DNA of 64,000 bases. It comes from Antedon mediterranea. Its lineage: Eukaryota > Animalia > Echinodermata. This document shows, one piece after another, positions 1-13,301 of this stretch. The notes beneath the pieces were generated by a model. That model made no database searches. It was not told where the DNA came from and saw only the letters and a program-made list of their open reading frames with translations. Positions within the stretch are counted from its first letter, which is position 1. The number at the start of each line of letters is the position of its first letter. A program made the position numbers and the translations under genes. The stretch is from contig NC_092672.1 in the NCBI RefSeq assembly GCF_964355755.1, positions 13,764,001 through 13,828,000 on the forward strand. Reading direction: 5' to 3'.

Positions 1-811
1 CATTGGTTCCGTAATAATTAAAGATAGCTGGTTGATACACTATTCAGTTAGATTTATTCTTTAATCATTCAGATATATAACCATACATATTTTGGATGAA
101 AGCATCACTGGACGAGACGTTGCGATGTTGCTAGACCATTTGATAAGTTTATAAGACACTCGGTATTAGGGTCAATCACATGGCAACCATGGACGATCAA
201 ACCAAATAAAATGTATGTACTTTGAAACTGGACACACTTTCATGTCAGTCGACTTGTTTTAAACATCAGATATAACTCGGAATGAAAAAAGAATGACTAT
301 GACAAGAAGATTTTTGTAATTGGTAATGATGCTGAGCGTGTAATTAAAATGTCTTACACATACTTTGTTAAATATAAAAATAAGAATGCAACACGTGGAT
401 AACCTTATAACACAAACCAAAGAAGTTTTATTCAAAACAGGAGAAGCAAAAATTTATTGGAAAACAGATTACATGGCCACTGAGTATACTTCAGGAGAAT
501 TTCTCAAAGCAAAATTATGCAAGCAATAAGAGACAAAACATAAAACTCATTCATTAACATCTGAACAGGGAAGATCAAAATATAAGAAGCAATAGTTAAG
601 CAATTGCTAACCAGGTACGGTTGGGTGCGATGTTATGGTAAGTCTAAAACGTGCCGTTGTTGTGGGGTCGTTGACCAGCTGGTTCAGGACTGATTGGGAA
701 CGTGTTCGAAAGGTTACTCTCTTGGTCAAATTTACTTAGAATGTAAGAACAAAGTAGTCTGCTCTATTTGTTTTGAGGCTGGCTGGTCGATGGTGATGAG
801 TATTGAAGAGA

Positions 812-1417
812 AGGATGTAGGCTATCTCAAAACTTCTAATAATGTAGTAGGTAGTGAAGTAAAGAAAAGGGAAGAAGACATGTTGTAGGGGAAGAAGACA
901 TGTTGTAGGGGAAGAAGACATGTTGTAGGGGAAGAAGACATGTTTTAGGGGAAGAAGACATGTTGTAGGGGAAGAAGACATGTTGTAGGGGAAGAAGACA
1001 TGTTGTAGGGGAAGAAGACATGTTTTAGGGGAAGAAGACATGTTGTAGGGGAAGAAGACATGTTGTAGGGACAGAAAGAGGATTACTTCAACTACCGTTC
1101 TAGTCTTCCTTTACTGACAAAGTTTGGGAGTGTCTTTGAAGACAGCCTAGATAGTGTCAATGGTGATTCTCAGAAGCAGCAAGTGCTCAGGAATCCTCGA
1201 ATTTTGTTTCGAATAGTTCTCCGAATGAAACTTATTTCACTCGGATGAAGATTGGATTTCTTATGGTGTGCCACACTCATGATAATATAGACCAGATATT
1301 TCATGCTTAACCAAATATTTTAACAAATATCGATCTTCGACACTTGACCATTCTTCAAAGAGTAGTTAAAACTCTCACAAAAAGCTAAGAATTAAATCAA
1401 CTTTTATTTCATATTTG
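812..1417 (+). repeat. Duplicated block A (second copy 15317..15862)
   Basis: AGGATGTAGGCTATCTCAAAAC...TTTTATTTCATATTTG is near-identical at both loci apart from minisatellite copy number. Confidence 0.9.
869..1070. repeat. 20-bp minisatellite (GGGAAGAAGACATGTTGTAG) x~10
   Basis: Direct tandem repeat. A second array with ~7 units lies at 15374..15515 inside a duplicated block. Confidence 0.95.
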
Positions 1418-3719
1418 ATTTTCATAATAACTATACTTGAGCTGGAAGCTAGACTTTTTTTTTACTTATAGTTACGCAAATTATTCGTTAGAATTCCTAT
1501 TCTGTAAATATAACTGCGCATGCACATTCATCGCACGCTAGGATCGTAAAATTTGCATAATTCTAATTCAACATGACTGAAACTGTACTGGGAATGTAAT
1601 GTAGGCCTACAAATTATTTTGAAAACTGCCACTCATTATTATGGGTTGGGGTAATGGCTTAACACACATCTTAAACACATACTAAGAAGGGGGTTAGTTG
1701 GAAGGGGGATGGGTGGAGATACTAGATTTTTGAGGTAATAGAAGTGCAACTTCTGGAATTGTACTGGGAATAGTAACTAGGCCTACTAAAGATTCTGGTT
1801 CTAGACAGTGGTTTGGCCTAAGTTTTATAAAAAGAAAATATGTTGGCATACACGGCGTGCCGTAATAACTATACTTGAGCTGGAAGCTAGACTGTGTGTT
1901 TGTGCTAGAATTTAGTTCATCATAATAGGGCACTCGTTAGAATTCCTATTCTGTAAATATAACTGCGCATGCACATTAATCGCAAGCTATGATCGTGCAA
2001 TTTCCATAATTCATATTTATAGACTATATAGGGAGCTATGTCATATGAAGATTTTCATCCTAATTTTTACTCTTTGGCTGAATGGCTATAAACATTCATT
2101 TACGTCATTAGTTTCTTTTTTTCAGTTGATAGATTGTTTGCATGTATTGTATAAAAAAAATACGTCAGCTAGAATCCGCCGGTGACATGTTATGTAGTGC
2201 CCTCTACCAATTGTTATAGACCCCTTTTTTACTTGATCACTTTTTCCATTTCGCGAAATCAAATTATTGGACTTATCTACAAAAAGGATTCAAAAGGGAC
2301 GCGAAACTCATTGTGTTCCCTCTAATCCTATACATGCACATCAAGAAATATAGCCTACTTTTCGGATTGGTGCTGATGGGCAATGATAAGTTATATTTTA
2401 ATTAAATTATAATGTCAGTGAAAGTCAATTTTTTCATGTTTATATATTAATTAATACCTTCAATACAATTAAGTAGATTCCAACATTAATGAATTAACCA
2501 AATTCTTTTATAATGTAATAACTAATTATCTGGAGGTATCAGCCAATCAAATACAAGCCACGCCTGTTAATTAATGTAATACCGTTATAACTATCTGCCT
2601 TAAATGGTGTGAAATATTTTACACGGCAAACCTCTTGCCGATTCCGCACTAAGAGTATCGGTGTTACTTTAATCGGAATTGTAGCTGTTACTATTAACAT
2701 TGAAGGAAAAGGGACAGCAGATAAGACATTTTTAAGCTTAAGTACACAGTACTTCGTCTTGTGATCTTTTAGAGTTTTATTTTATGAACCGTAATTATTG
2801 TTCTCAAATCTCGCTGTCATGCAGAAAACAAGACTACACGTTTCCCTTTTTAGTAAATTTGAGTAATGATATATTCGCGACATATTCTCAAATAATATTT
2901 TTATGTAACGTACTATACATGGAATACGCTTTAAATGTTCCTATTGAGGACGAAATAAAGCGATTTAATTTGAAATCCCAGGACCGTACCAACCTTAGCC
3001 AGTTGTAGATTATAGCAAATAAAACCGTTATATCGCGGCGGATACTGCACGCTTTTCCTGTATTGATAATAAGAATCCTAGGCAATTTGGCCCAGATCGA
3101 GCCGATTGGACCGATTTCTGGAAGGAATTAAACAAAATCAAACATAAAATTATTATTCAAAAGACATGATAATTTGACTTATGTATTACTTTATGTAATT
3201 ATAAGGTGATGATACCAAATACAAGATTTATTCTGTTTTACAGAAAACACTATATTAAAGCACAAGTTCAACAACAATTAAGTATAAACTGTTATTACTG
3301 CAGTAATTGTACTGTCTAATCTGTTATTACTGCAGTAATTGTACTGTCTATAGTCATGTCGTTAGGATGTTCGTTAGAAATACAGTAATAATAAAACGGG
3401 TACCATCAAAACCATTGGAAAATGTCCTTAGGCCTCCAAAATCTTGTAATGGCATTGTTAATACAAATCCTTATATACAATATTAAACACGGTTATGTAA
3501 TAATTACAATTGATGATTTAGCAAAGAAACTTAATTGCAAAATTAATTTGTTTCATGAAAAAAGAGTTCCTTTCTATTTTTGGTTAAATTAACCCAATTT
3601 TTTGCTCATTTGTGTAGGCCTTGTTTAACATGTAGCCTACGTAGTTTGTTTTAATCTAGGCTGTTTATAGATATACCATTTATTTATTTAACGTTTATTT
3701 TATTTATTAAGGTGAAAAA

Positions 3720-4859
3720 ATGAACAAATCAACTTTTTACACCGATTCGAATATTGTGTATGAGTCGACGACTGATGTCATAGGAAAAGTTGAAAAGACC
3801 GATTGGGATGACGTAATCAAATCTTACTCCTATACAACTACAGATGAAATTGTTATCACAATATTTATGCCAATTGTTGTAATTATCGGTATTATTGGGA
3901 ATCTAATGACAATCACTGTAATAGTGAAACATCCTCGCATGCGCACATCAGTCAACGTGTATTTAGCCAACTTAGCGATTGCTGACGTTCTGTTTCTTTG
4001 CTTTGCTCCTGATCTGATATGGTCATCCTTTGCGCACAGTCCATTACACGATGTATTTGACATGGGCATCGGAGAGGGTATGCTATGGTTTTGCCACCTA
4101 AACATTTACATCGTGGACACTGCGTTGCAAGTTGAAAATTTCACAATCTTCTGGATGTCTGCTGAACGATATCTTGCAATTTGTCACCCTTTGAAATTTC
4201 GGAACAGTAAATTTGGAGAACGTTCGAGATCTTTACAAGTCTGCGTTATCATGTGGCTAATATCCTTAACATGGCAGGCCCGGAAATTTACTTGGATCTC
4301 TATAGTTTCATATGAATTCCCATGGCCTGATATGTACAACGGGGCTCCAAATTCAACGATAGTATGTACTTACTGTGGTGCGAACACCGACAGTTGTGAT
4401 TTTCAAAATGATCTTTTTGTGATCGATATTTATTTATCGTTTACCCTAATAACAATTGTAGTTGGTTTCTATACAATAATCCTGATTACACTCTAAAGAT
4501 CAACCTTTGCAACAGCCAATTCAACGGGTAATAAAGTAAGGTCAAAATCAGAAAAGAAGGTCTTTATGACGATCTTCCTAACTGTAACTATCTACATATT
4601 TTGTATGGCACCATTCTCAATCATGAACATAGTGAGTATCTACCATGGCATTGACCATAATGTTATATTTCTGCAGATTGTTAACATATTTCGTGTTGCA
4701 CTTTATACAAATTCGTCCGTTAATCCTTTCATATATAATGTTGTAAATGAAATGTTTAGGAAAGCATTTGTCGATGTTTTCTACAGACGACGAAAGAGCA
4801 AGAAGACGAGTGGAGTTACAGTGGTTTCACAGACAAACCCCGCCTACGTCAATGGATGA
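3720..4859 (+). pseudogene. Rhodopsin-class (class A) peptide-receptor-like GPCR, copy 1, in-frame stop after TM5
   Basis: GN in TM1, LAIAD in TM2, ERY after TM3, FCMAP in TM6, NPFIY in TM7. TAA at 4494..4496 where copy 2 has AAA (Lys), with the same frame continuing to 4859. A splice acceptor (ttattaag) lies just upstream of the ATG. Confidence 0.88.
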
Positions 4860-5539
4860 CCATTTCATATATTTGTTAATAAACTGTCAAGATATACATT
4901 ACTACAGTAGTAAATATTTTATTGCACCTTTTTCAGTTTCTACTCTATGTAGGCCTCAGCGCTTAGAGGTTTCACGACATTAGGCGTTATATGAATCCAT
5001 AATAAATTATATATTATAATTTAAACAATTTTATTTTGAGTAATAAAGTTTCATTTTTAAAATCACAGTGTTATTACGTATGTATTTCACGTGATACGAG
5101 TTACAACTTTCTTTTACCCGTTTCAATTCCTACTAGATATATTACAAACTGCATTGTACTCTGCCTGCTTCTTAACAAAATTCACACTTGAAAGAAAAGA
5201 GAGATTGAACATGAGCATGCTATGAGCAGTGCAGAATATATTTGGGATTTTATACTAACTTATTTTTTGTTTTTGGTGACTGAATAAATATTATTATTAC
5301 TATTTTCACCGCGCGGCTAGTTTAGGTTCTAGACGACGATTTGGTCTAATTTTCATAAAATAAAATATTTTGGCATACACGGCGTGCCATAACAACTATA
5401 CTTCAGCTGGAAGCTATTTTTTTCTATAGTTACGCAGTACGATTCGTTAGAATTTGTAAAGTTTGACTTTATATCTTGTTTAATGGTTTAGCGCCCTCTC
5501 TAGTTCTAGATAATAAGAGTTGGTCAGAGGTCATGTTGA

Positions 5540-6155
5540 CCATGTGAATCTTTGAATTGGTGATTGATACGCACATCTTATGAGAATTCCCGTGAAATAC
5601 AACCTTAATGTAATGACAAAGATCAAGGCTGATCTGTAGGGCCTGACTCAGAGTCAATTGGAGGGAGCTCGAGTTAGGACGAGGGTGCGGTTTTTTGAGG
5701 AGGGAAAGAGATTGTCCGGGGCAGTGAATACATTTTTGAGGACATTTATAAGAATCTGTTTGAAATGAGTGAGGATCTTTTTGCAGAGAATCAAGATGTT
5801 TTCTCGATTCGTAGTTTGTGTTTACAAGTCGATTTTTGAAAAGAGGCACTTGTCGTCATCTCAAAAAGGTGGGCTTATTTAAGTTGTTCCCGAAAGGTTG
5901 GGATTGTCTGGATCCCGAAAATCGCAGCCCAATAACTATGCTTAATGTATTTATAAGGATATTATATTATTATTATATAATATTTATATAATATTATTAT
6001 GTTATAGCGATGTTTGAAAACAAAAAGGTAAACGTTGCAGTTATTTGTGCGTTAACTTCTTAAACTTCTATTGTGAAAGTGTAGTATCGAACAAGGCCAA
6101 CAGCCATTAAGTCGCGTGCTACAATGCATAGTGATACCGGACCGACAGACAGACC

Positions 6156-6210
<55 letters not shown>

Positions 6211-7620
6211 CGACCGACCGACATAGTGAACTATACTGACCGAAATTACTGAACATGTTTAAAAATGTTGAAATGTTTAAAAACATTTATATTTTTTTAA
6301 TTTACACGTGCGTAGCCTGTCACTTTTGATGTGCTCGTATAACGTAATTTCGAGTTGAAAAGTAAGTCAAGAAAACAGAAATCGGGCAAAAAGAGTGCGC
6401 AATAACATTTAACGCATGTTAAATGCGTTAAAATTGCACTCATGGCAATTTTTTAAACGCTTAAAATTGCCTGAAACGTACTCTTATTTCATAGAAAATA
6501 AATTTTGAAAATTTTAAGCGCGCGTACGCATGCGTCACATGCGCTACGCACGTAATTGTATTGCCATATGATGATTTAAGCCCTGAAATTTATGAGTACC
6601 AATTTTTATTTAATTGTGATTCATGGTTGTGAAGATATGATTACAAACGTGATTTCGTTAAATCGTGCGTAGACCGCGTAATTTTTTATTGCGCACCGTG
6701 AAAACATAACCACATCGAATCCTGGCCATAAGGAATATACTGTGAAAAATTGACCTAGCTAGATTAAACTGATATTAAGATAAGGTCAGAAAGCGATAAA
6801 ACGCATAGTGATACCGGACCGACAGACCGACAGACCGACAGACCGACCGACCAACATAGTGAACTATAGAGTCGCTTCCACGCGACTAAAAATATAAAAA
6901 AAAATTATGAAAACATGAGGTAATATGAAATACAAAGTGAATTCACAAGCTTTAAAATGTTACTGATGAAGAAGATCAAATTAAAAATGTGATAATAGTG
7001 AAAATAATATGATTTTATGGTGATGACATGAAATGTGAATAAAAGTGGTGTTTACACCACAAAGGAGGAAAAACCTCGGCCTAATGTGAACTACAAATTG
7101 TTGGCAAAAGTTATTTGTTTAAGGACATAGAAAGTCATTGGCATTGTTGGGTGGTCCCTATCAAACGTTCTGGCAGGAAGGTTCAATCGAAGTTGATTTT
7201 GGTTAGATATATTGTGGAATACGCGTCTCTTGATCCTTTGATCGAAGGCGTTTGATAGTTAATTTAAGGTTTTTTTTAACATTAAAAAGGTTTTGTTTCA
7301 AAGAAAATGTGTTGTGGTGGTTCCGCTGTTTTATGCTGAATCTTTTAGTCATGTCATGGTTAATGGGGCGGGGCGTGAGGCAATGCTGCCCTCTTTCTCC
7401 TGCTTTATGTTTTGTACATGAAGTCAGGTTTGATTCAGGGTGCGAAGTTACCTGGTAGTCGGGGTAAAGAATGCAAGTTCATTCAGTATGCGGATGATTT
7501 GAGATGTGCGGTGTCGTCTTACTTTACTTCTGTGTTAAAGGCGTTTGAAGTTGCGTCCGATTCGCGTTCTCATACACAAAGAATCTTGAATAAATTCGCG
7601 TTGCCAGTTCTATTTTATGT
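5540..7620 (+). mobile_element. Decayed L1/Tx1-like LINE ORF2 fragments, interrupted by a HINE-like insertion
   Basis: Degenerate RT motifs (PITMLNV, NYKLLAKV, GRGVRQCCPLSP, IQYADD) with frameshifts. Repeated at ~14000..14950. Confidence 0.65.
6090..6890 (+). mobile_element. Helentron-associated (HINE/DINE-1-like) non-autonomous element
   Basis: 5' AACAAGGCC, internal (GACA/GACC)n microsatellite, 3' stem-loop GTCGC-TTCCAC-GCGAC then TAAAA. The core is shared with 21335..21860. Confidence 0.65.
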
Positions 7621-7992
7621 TGCGCCATAAATGCATGATGGGAACGACTGAATGAGGACGTGTACAAAACCAGCTCCGCTAAATATTTTCAACCAACACA
7701 TTTTATAGTGATTCTACAATCTCACTGCTTCAGTAAGTCCATTTTACTTGCTTACTCACGTTCTACATCATTTTCCTGTTACTTATGGGGCCGAAACGAA
7801 ATAAAGCTCCCTGAACCCACAGCAGCTGAGTCAACGATCAGCTCAAATCTCCCGCTACAGAAGAAACATATATATATATACGGTCAGGAGCTGTGTGAGC
7901 TAAGCAAAGAGATCCGTGCCGGTATATCGAAGATTATGATCAATCATGAAAAAATATTCGATCGTATGCTTAATATTGAACCACTCAGCAAT

Positions 7993-8670
7993 TCTAGACG
8001 TTTATTTTCCTTGTGCATTTTGAAGAAAGCTGGAATCTTAATTAATGATTTGTTGACTGTTTATATGGCTTATATAAGACCTATTTTAGAATAATGCTGC
8101 CGCTGTTTGTCATGGCGCTATCACTAAGGATATGTCCAAGTCTATTGAAAAGGTACAAAAGAGAGCATTGCGAATCATGCTAGGTAACAACTATTTGTGC
8201 TATGATCATGCATTGTCTGTTACCGGTTTACCTACTCTTGTTGAGAGAAGAAACAAACTAAACTGGCGTTGTCTTTCGGAGAAGGCTTATTAAAATCCGA
8301 GGTGTTTAGAGAAATACTTCCCCACTCTTCATAAGCCAGCTCGGTCTCTCAGATTCAACCGCTTTCTAGAAGTACCTCATTGTAAAATCAGCAGACTTAG
8401 GTCGTCTCCAGTTCCCACCATGGTGGATATAATTAATAGGCACCACTAGCTCTTTTTTAGATATGTAATAAGTGTATGTTTTAAGGTTTTTTATTCATGT
8501 ATGTTTTTTTAATTTTATGGTACGATATCTAATTTTAATAAGATGTTTCTATTTTTATAGCAATTTTAACTAATTTTTATTTATTTGTAATACAATTCAT
8601 TTCAGTCCTTGACTGTCGTTTTGTAATATATTTTTATATACCGAATAAAATAAAATAAAATAAAATAAAA
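7993..8670 (+). mobile_element. 3' end of an L2/CR1-group LINE with (AAAAT)n tail
   Basis: RRLFSLCILKKAG...YIRPILE and IEKVQKRALRI-type C-terminus, AT-rich 3' UTR, tail at 8643..8670. Present only after block B copy 1. Confidence 0.75.
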
Positions 8671-8952
8671 CAATTATAATGTATAAACCATAGAGGGAGT
8701 TAAATATGGCATATGAAGATTTTCATCGTATTTTTTGCCAAGATCTACTTGTTCCCAAAAAATTTAAATGCCCACTGGGGGCGCTAGTGTTAAAATAAAC
8801 AGACACGGGAAACTTTTTATATCTTCAACTGATTTATTTCCAAAATTGCATGTGATTAGATAATAGAATAGAAATTTAATATGAAGCAACACAGTATGAA
8901 AAACCAAAAGAGCATACTCGTTATTGTGGCTACACTTATACATAGCTATAGG

Positions 8953-9343
8953 TCCCTTTCCCGCCAAAAGCAAAACTTCGGAGAAACTCCGGCGGTGTTT
9001 TTGACCAGTGTGAAAGGTAAAATCACTTTTCATAAGTCTCAGAAGTCATATAATGTTTTACTGATACTACTTATTATTTTTTAGACCCGCTATATATTTT
9101 GTAGGAATAGAAGAATTGATTATTGATCGTGTGAGGATGGCCTTTTAATCTAAAAACTCCAGAGTTTGATGTTGTTACCTTTCACACCAAAACACCGGTG
9201 TGTCTCCGGAGTTTGCCCTCCGGAGAACGTTCAGCTGTTCAACCCCGCTGTTTTGAAGTTTTATTTCTTTTATCTTTCACATCAAAACACCGGTGCGTCA
9301 ACTCCGGAGTGTCTCCGGAGTTTTGCTTTTGATGTGAAAGGTG
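8953..9343. mobile_element. MITE-like element with terminal and internal inverted repeats
   Basis: CCTTTCCCGCCAAAAGCAAAACTTCGGAGAAACTCCGG pairs imperfectly with CCGGAGTGTCTCCGGAGTTTTGCTTTTGATGTGAAAGG. Internal palindromic subrepeats are present. Confidence 0.6.
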
Positions 9344-12163
9344 TATTTGTGTTTATATTCAGTAACATAACTGGCCGGCTCATCATATATATTGTGCCAG
9401 TTATGTGGTACATATCATTTCAAAACCTGAGCTGCACTGAAGAGATCTAATAAGATCGAAACATTATACTGTCTGCAGATTAGATAAAAACATACACTTA
9501 AAAAAGAACTATAAAAATTTAATATAAAATGAAATAATATATTTGTTGTATTGATGTTGAAAAATATTAACAGTAAGATCAGTGTAAAACATAGGCCTAT
9601 CTTTCTTCCCAAAATACAGTAGTATAAATTATTTATAAATCTTTTTAAATATTGTCGGACAAGCAGATATCTTTAACAGAATTTCTTCATAAGATTCACA
9701 TTCCCAAAACAAGAATGAACTCGATGTTCAAAAATTAATATTGAATAACCCACAAATAGAGTAATTTATTTTGTCCAAAAGGTTCTGGTTCTAGACGGTG
9801 GTTTGGTCTAATTTTCATAAAAAGAAAATATTTTGGCATATACGGCGTGCCATAATAACTATACTTGAGCTGGAAGCTAGACTTTTTTTTTACTTATAGT
9901 TACGCAAATTATTCGTTAGAATTCCTATTCTGTAAATATAACTGCGCATGCACATTCATCGCACGCTAGGATCGTAAAATTTGCATAATTCTAATTCAAC
10001 ATGACTGAAACTGTACTGGGAATGTAATGTAGGCCTACAAATTATTTTGAAAACTGCCACTCATTATTATGGGTTGGGGTAATGGCTTAACACACATCTT
10101 AAACACATACTAAGAAGGGGGTTAGTTGGAAGGGGGATGGGTGGAGATACTAGATTTTGGAGGTAATAGAAGTGCAACTTCTGGAATTGTACTGGGAAAA
10201 GTAACTAGGCCTACTAAAGATTCTGGTTCTAGACAGTGGTTTGGCCTAAGTTTTATAAAAAGAAAATATGTTTGCATACACGGCGTGCCGTAATAACTAT
10301 ACTTGAGCTGGAAGCTAGACTGTGTGTTTATGCTAGAATTTAGTTCATCATAATAGGGCACTCGTTAGAATTCCTATTCTGTAAATATAACTGCGCATGC
10401 ACATTAATAGCAAGCTATGATCGTGCAATTTCCATAATTCATATTTATAGACTATAGAGGGAGCTATGTCATATGAAGATTTTCATCCTAATTTTTACTC
10501 TTTGGCTGAATGGCTATTCAAACATTCATTTACGTCATTAGTTTCTTTTTTTTTCGGTTGATAGATTGTTTGCATGTATTGTATAAAAAAAAATACGTGA
10601 GCTAGAATCCGCCGGTGACATTAGCCAAAAAGAAACTGACACGTGATTCATGTTATGTAGTGCCCTCTACCAATTGTTATAGACCCCTTTTTTACTTGAT
10701 CACTTTTTCCATTTCGCGAAATCAAATTATTGGACTTATCTACAAAAAGGATTCAAAAGGGACGCGAGACTCATGTGTGTTCCCTCTAATCCTACATGCA
10801 CATCAAGAAATATAGCCTACTTTTCGGATTGGTGCTGATGGGCAATGATAAGTTATATTTTAATTAAATTATAATGTCAGTCAAAGTCAAATTTTTCATG
10901 TTTATATATTAATTAATACCTTCAATACAATTAAGTAGATTCCAACATTAATGAATTAACCAAATTCTTTTATAATGTAATAACTAATTATCTGGAGGTA
11001 TCAGCCAATCAAATACAAGCCACGCCTGTTAATTAATGTAATACCGTTATAACTATCTGCCTTAAATGGTGTGAACTATTTTACACGTCAAACCTCTTGC
11101 CGCACTAAGAGTATCGGTGTTACTTTAATCGGAATTGTAGCTGTTACTATTAACATTGAAGGAAAAGGGACAGGTAAGACATTTTTAAGCTTAAGTACAC
11201 AGTACTTCGTCTTGTGAGTTTTATTTTATGAACCGTAATTATTGTTCTCAAATCTCGCTGTCATGCAGAAAACAAGACTACACGTTTCGCTTTTTAGTAA
11301 ATTTGAGTAATGATATATTCGCGACATATTCTCAAATATTATTTTTATGTAACGTACTATACATGGAATACGGTTAAATGTTCCTATTGAGGACAAAATA
11401 AAGTGATTTAATTTGAAATCCCAGGACCGTACTAACCTGAGCCAGTTGTAGATTATAGCAAATAAAACCGTTATATCGCGGCGGATACTGCACGCTTTTC
11501 CTGTATTGATAATAAGAATCCTAGGCAATTTAGCCCAGATCGAGCCGATTGGACCGATTTCTGGAAGGAATTAAACAAAATCAAACATAAAATTATTATT
11601 CAAAAGACACGATAATTTGACTTATGTATTACTTTATGTAATTATAAGGTGATGATACCAAATACAAGATTTATTCTGTTTTACAGAAAACACTATATTA
11701 AAGCACAAGTTCAACAACAATTAAGTATAAACTGTTATTACTGCAGTAATTGTACTGTCTAAACTGTTACTACTGCAGTAATTGTATTGTCTATAGTCAT
11801 GTCGTTAGGATGTTCGTTAGAAATACAGTAATAATAAAACGGGTACCATCAAAACCATTGAAAAATGTCCTTAGGCCTCTAAACAAAATCTTGTCATGCC
11901 ATTGTTAATACAAATCCTTATATACAATATTAAACACGGTTATGTAATAATTACAATTGATGATTTAGCAAAGAAACTTAATTGCAAAATTAATTTGTTT
12001 CATGAAAAAAAGAGTTCCTTTCTATTTTTGGTTAAATTAACCCAATTTTTTGCTCATTTGTGTAGGCCTTGTTTAACATGTAGCCTACGTAGTTTGTTTT
12101 AATCTAGGCTGTTTATAGATATACCATTTATTTAACGTTTATTTTATTTATTAAGGTGAAAAA

Positions 12164-13301
12164 ATGAACAAATCAACTTTTTACACCGATTCGAATATTG
12201 TGAATGAGTCGACGACTGATGTCATAGGAAAAGTTGAGGAGACCGATTGGGATGACGTAATCAAATCGTACTCCTATACAACTACAGATGAAATTGTTAT
12301 CACAATATTTATGCCAATTGTTGTAATTATCGGTATTATTGGGAATCTAATGACAATCACTGTAATAGTGAAACATCCTCGCATGCGCACATCAGTCAAC
12401 GTGTATTTAGCCAACTTAGCGATTGCTGACGTTCTGTTTCTTTGCTTTGCTCCTGATCTGATATGGTCATCCTTTGCGCACAGTCCATTACACGATGTAT
12501 GTTGACATGGGCATCGGAGAGGGTATGCTATGGTTTTGCCACCTAAGCATTTACATCGTGGACACTGCGTTGCAAGTTGCAAATTTCACAATCTTCTGGA
12601 TGTCTGCTGAACGATATCTTGCAATTTGTCACCCTTTGAAATTTCGGAACAGTAAATTTGGAGAACGTTCGAGATCTTTACAAGTCTGCGTTATCATGTG
12701 GCTAATATCCTTAACATGGCAGGCCCGGAAATTTACTTGGATCGCTATAGTTTCATATGAATTCCCATGGCCTGATATGTACAACGGGGCTCCAAATTCA
12801 ACGATAGTATGTACTTACTGTGGTGCGAACACCGACAGTTGTGATTTTCAAAATGATCTTTTTGTGATCGATAGTTATTTATCGTTTACCCTAATAACAA
12901 TTGTAGTTGGTTTCTATACAATAATCCTGATTACACTCAAAAGATCAACCTTTGCAACAGCCAATTCAACGGGTAATAAAGTAAGGTCAAAATCAGAAAA
13001 GAAGGTCTTTATGACGATCTTCCTAACTGTAACTATCTACATATTTTGTATGGCACCATTCTCAATCATGAACATAGTGAGTATCTACCATGGCATTGAC
13101 CATAATGTTATACTTCAGATTGTTAACATATTTCGTGTTGCACTTTATACAAATTCGTACGTTAATCCTTTCATATATAATGTTGTAAATGAAATGTTTA
13201 AGAAAGTATTTGTCGATGTTTTCTACAGACGACGAAAGAGCAAGAAGACGAGTGGAGTTACAGTGGTTTCACAGACAAACCCCGCCTACGTCAATGGATG
13301 A
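12164..13301 (+). pseudogene. Rhodopsin-class GPCR, copy 2, +1 frameshift after TM2
   Basis: Nearly identical to copy 1. An extra G near 12501 (GTATGTTGA vs GTATTTGAC) splits it into ORFs 12164..12505 and 12474..13301. Confidence 0.88.

Larger units (their letters stand above)
1424..7992 (+). repeat. Duplicated block B carrying the GPCR (second copy ~9852..15293)
   Basis: Near-identical sequence offset by ~8.43 kb. The second copy has deletions corresponding to ~5724..6830 and ~7610..7642. Confidence 0.93.

Noticed and set aside
736-1041. Repetitive ORFs and CRISPR-like periodicity over the 20-bp array
   Set aside because: A pure tandem repeat with no unique spacers and no cas genes, in a eukaryotic context.
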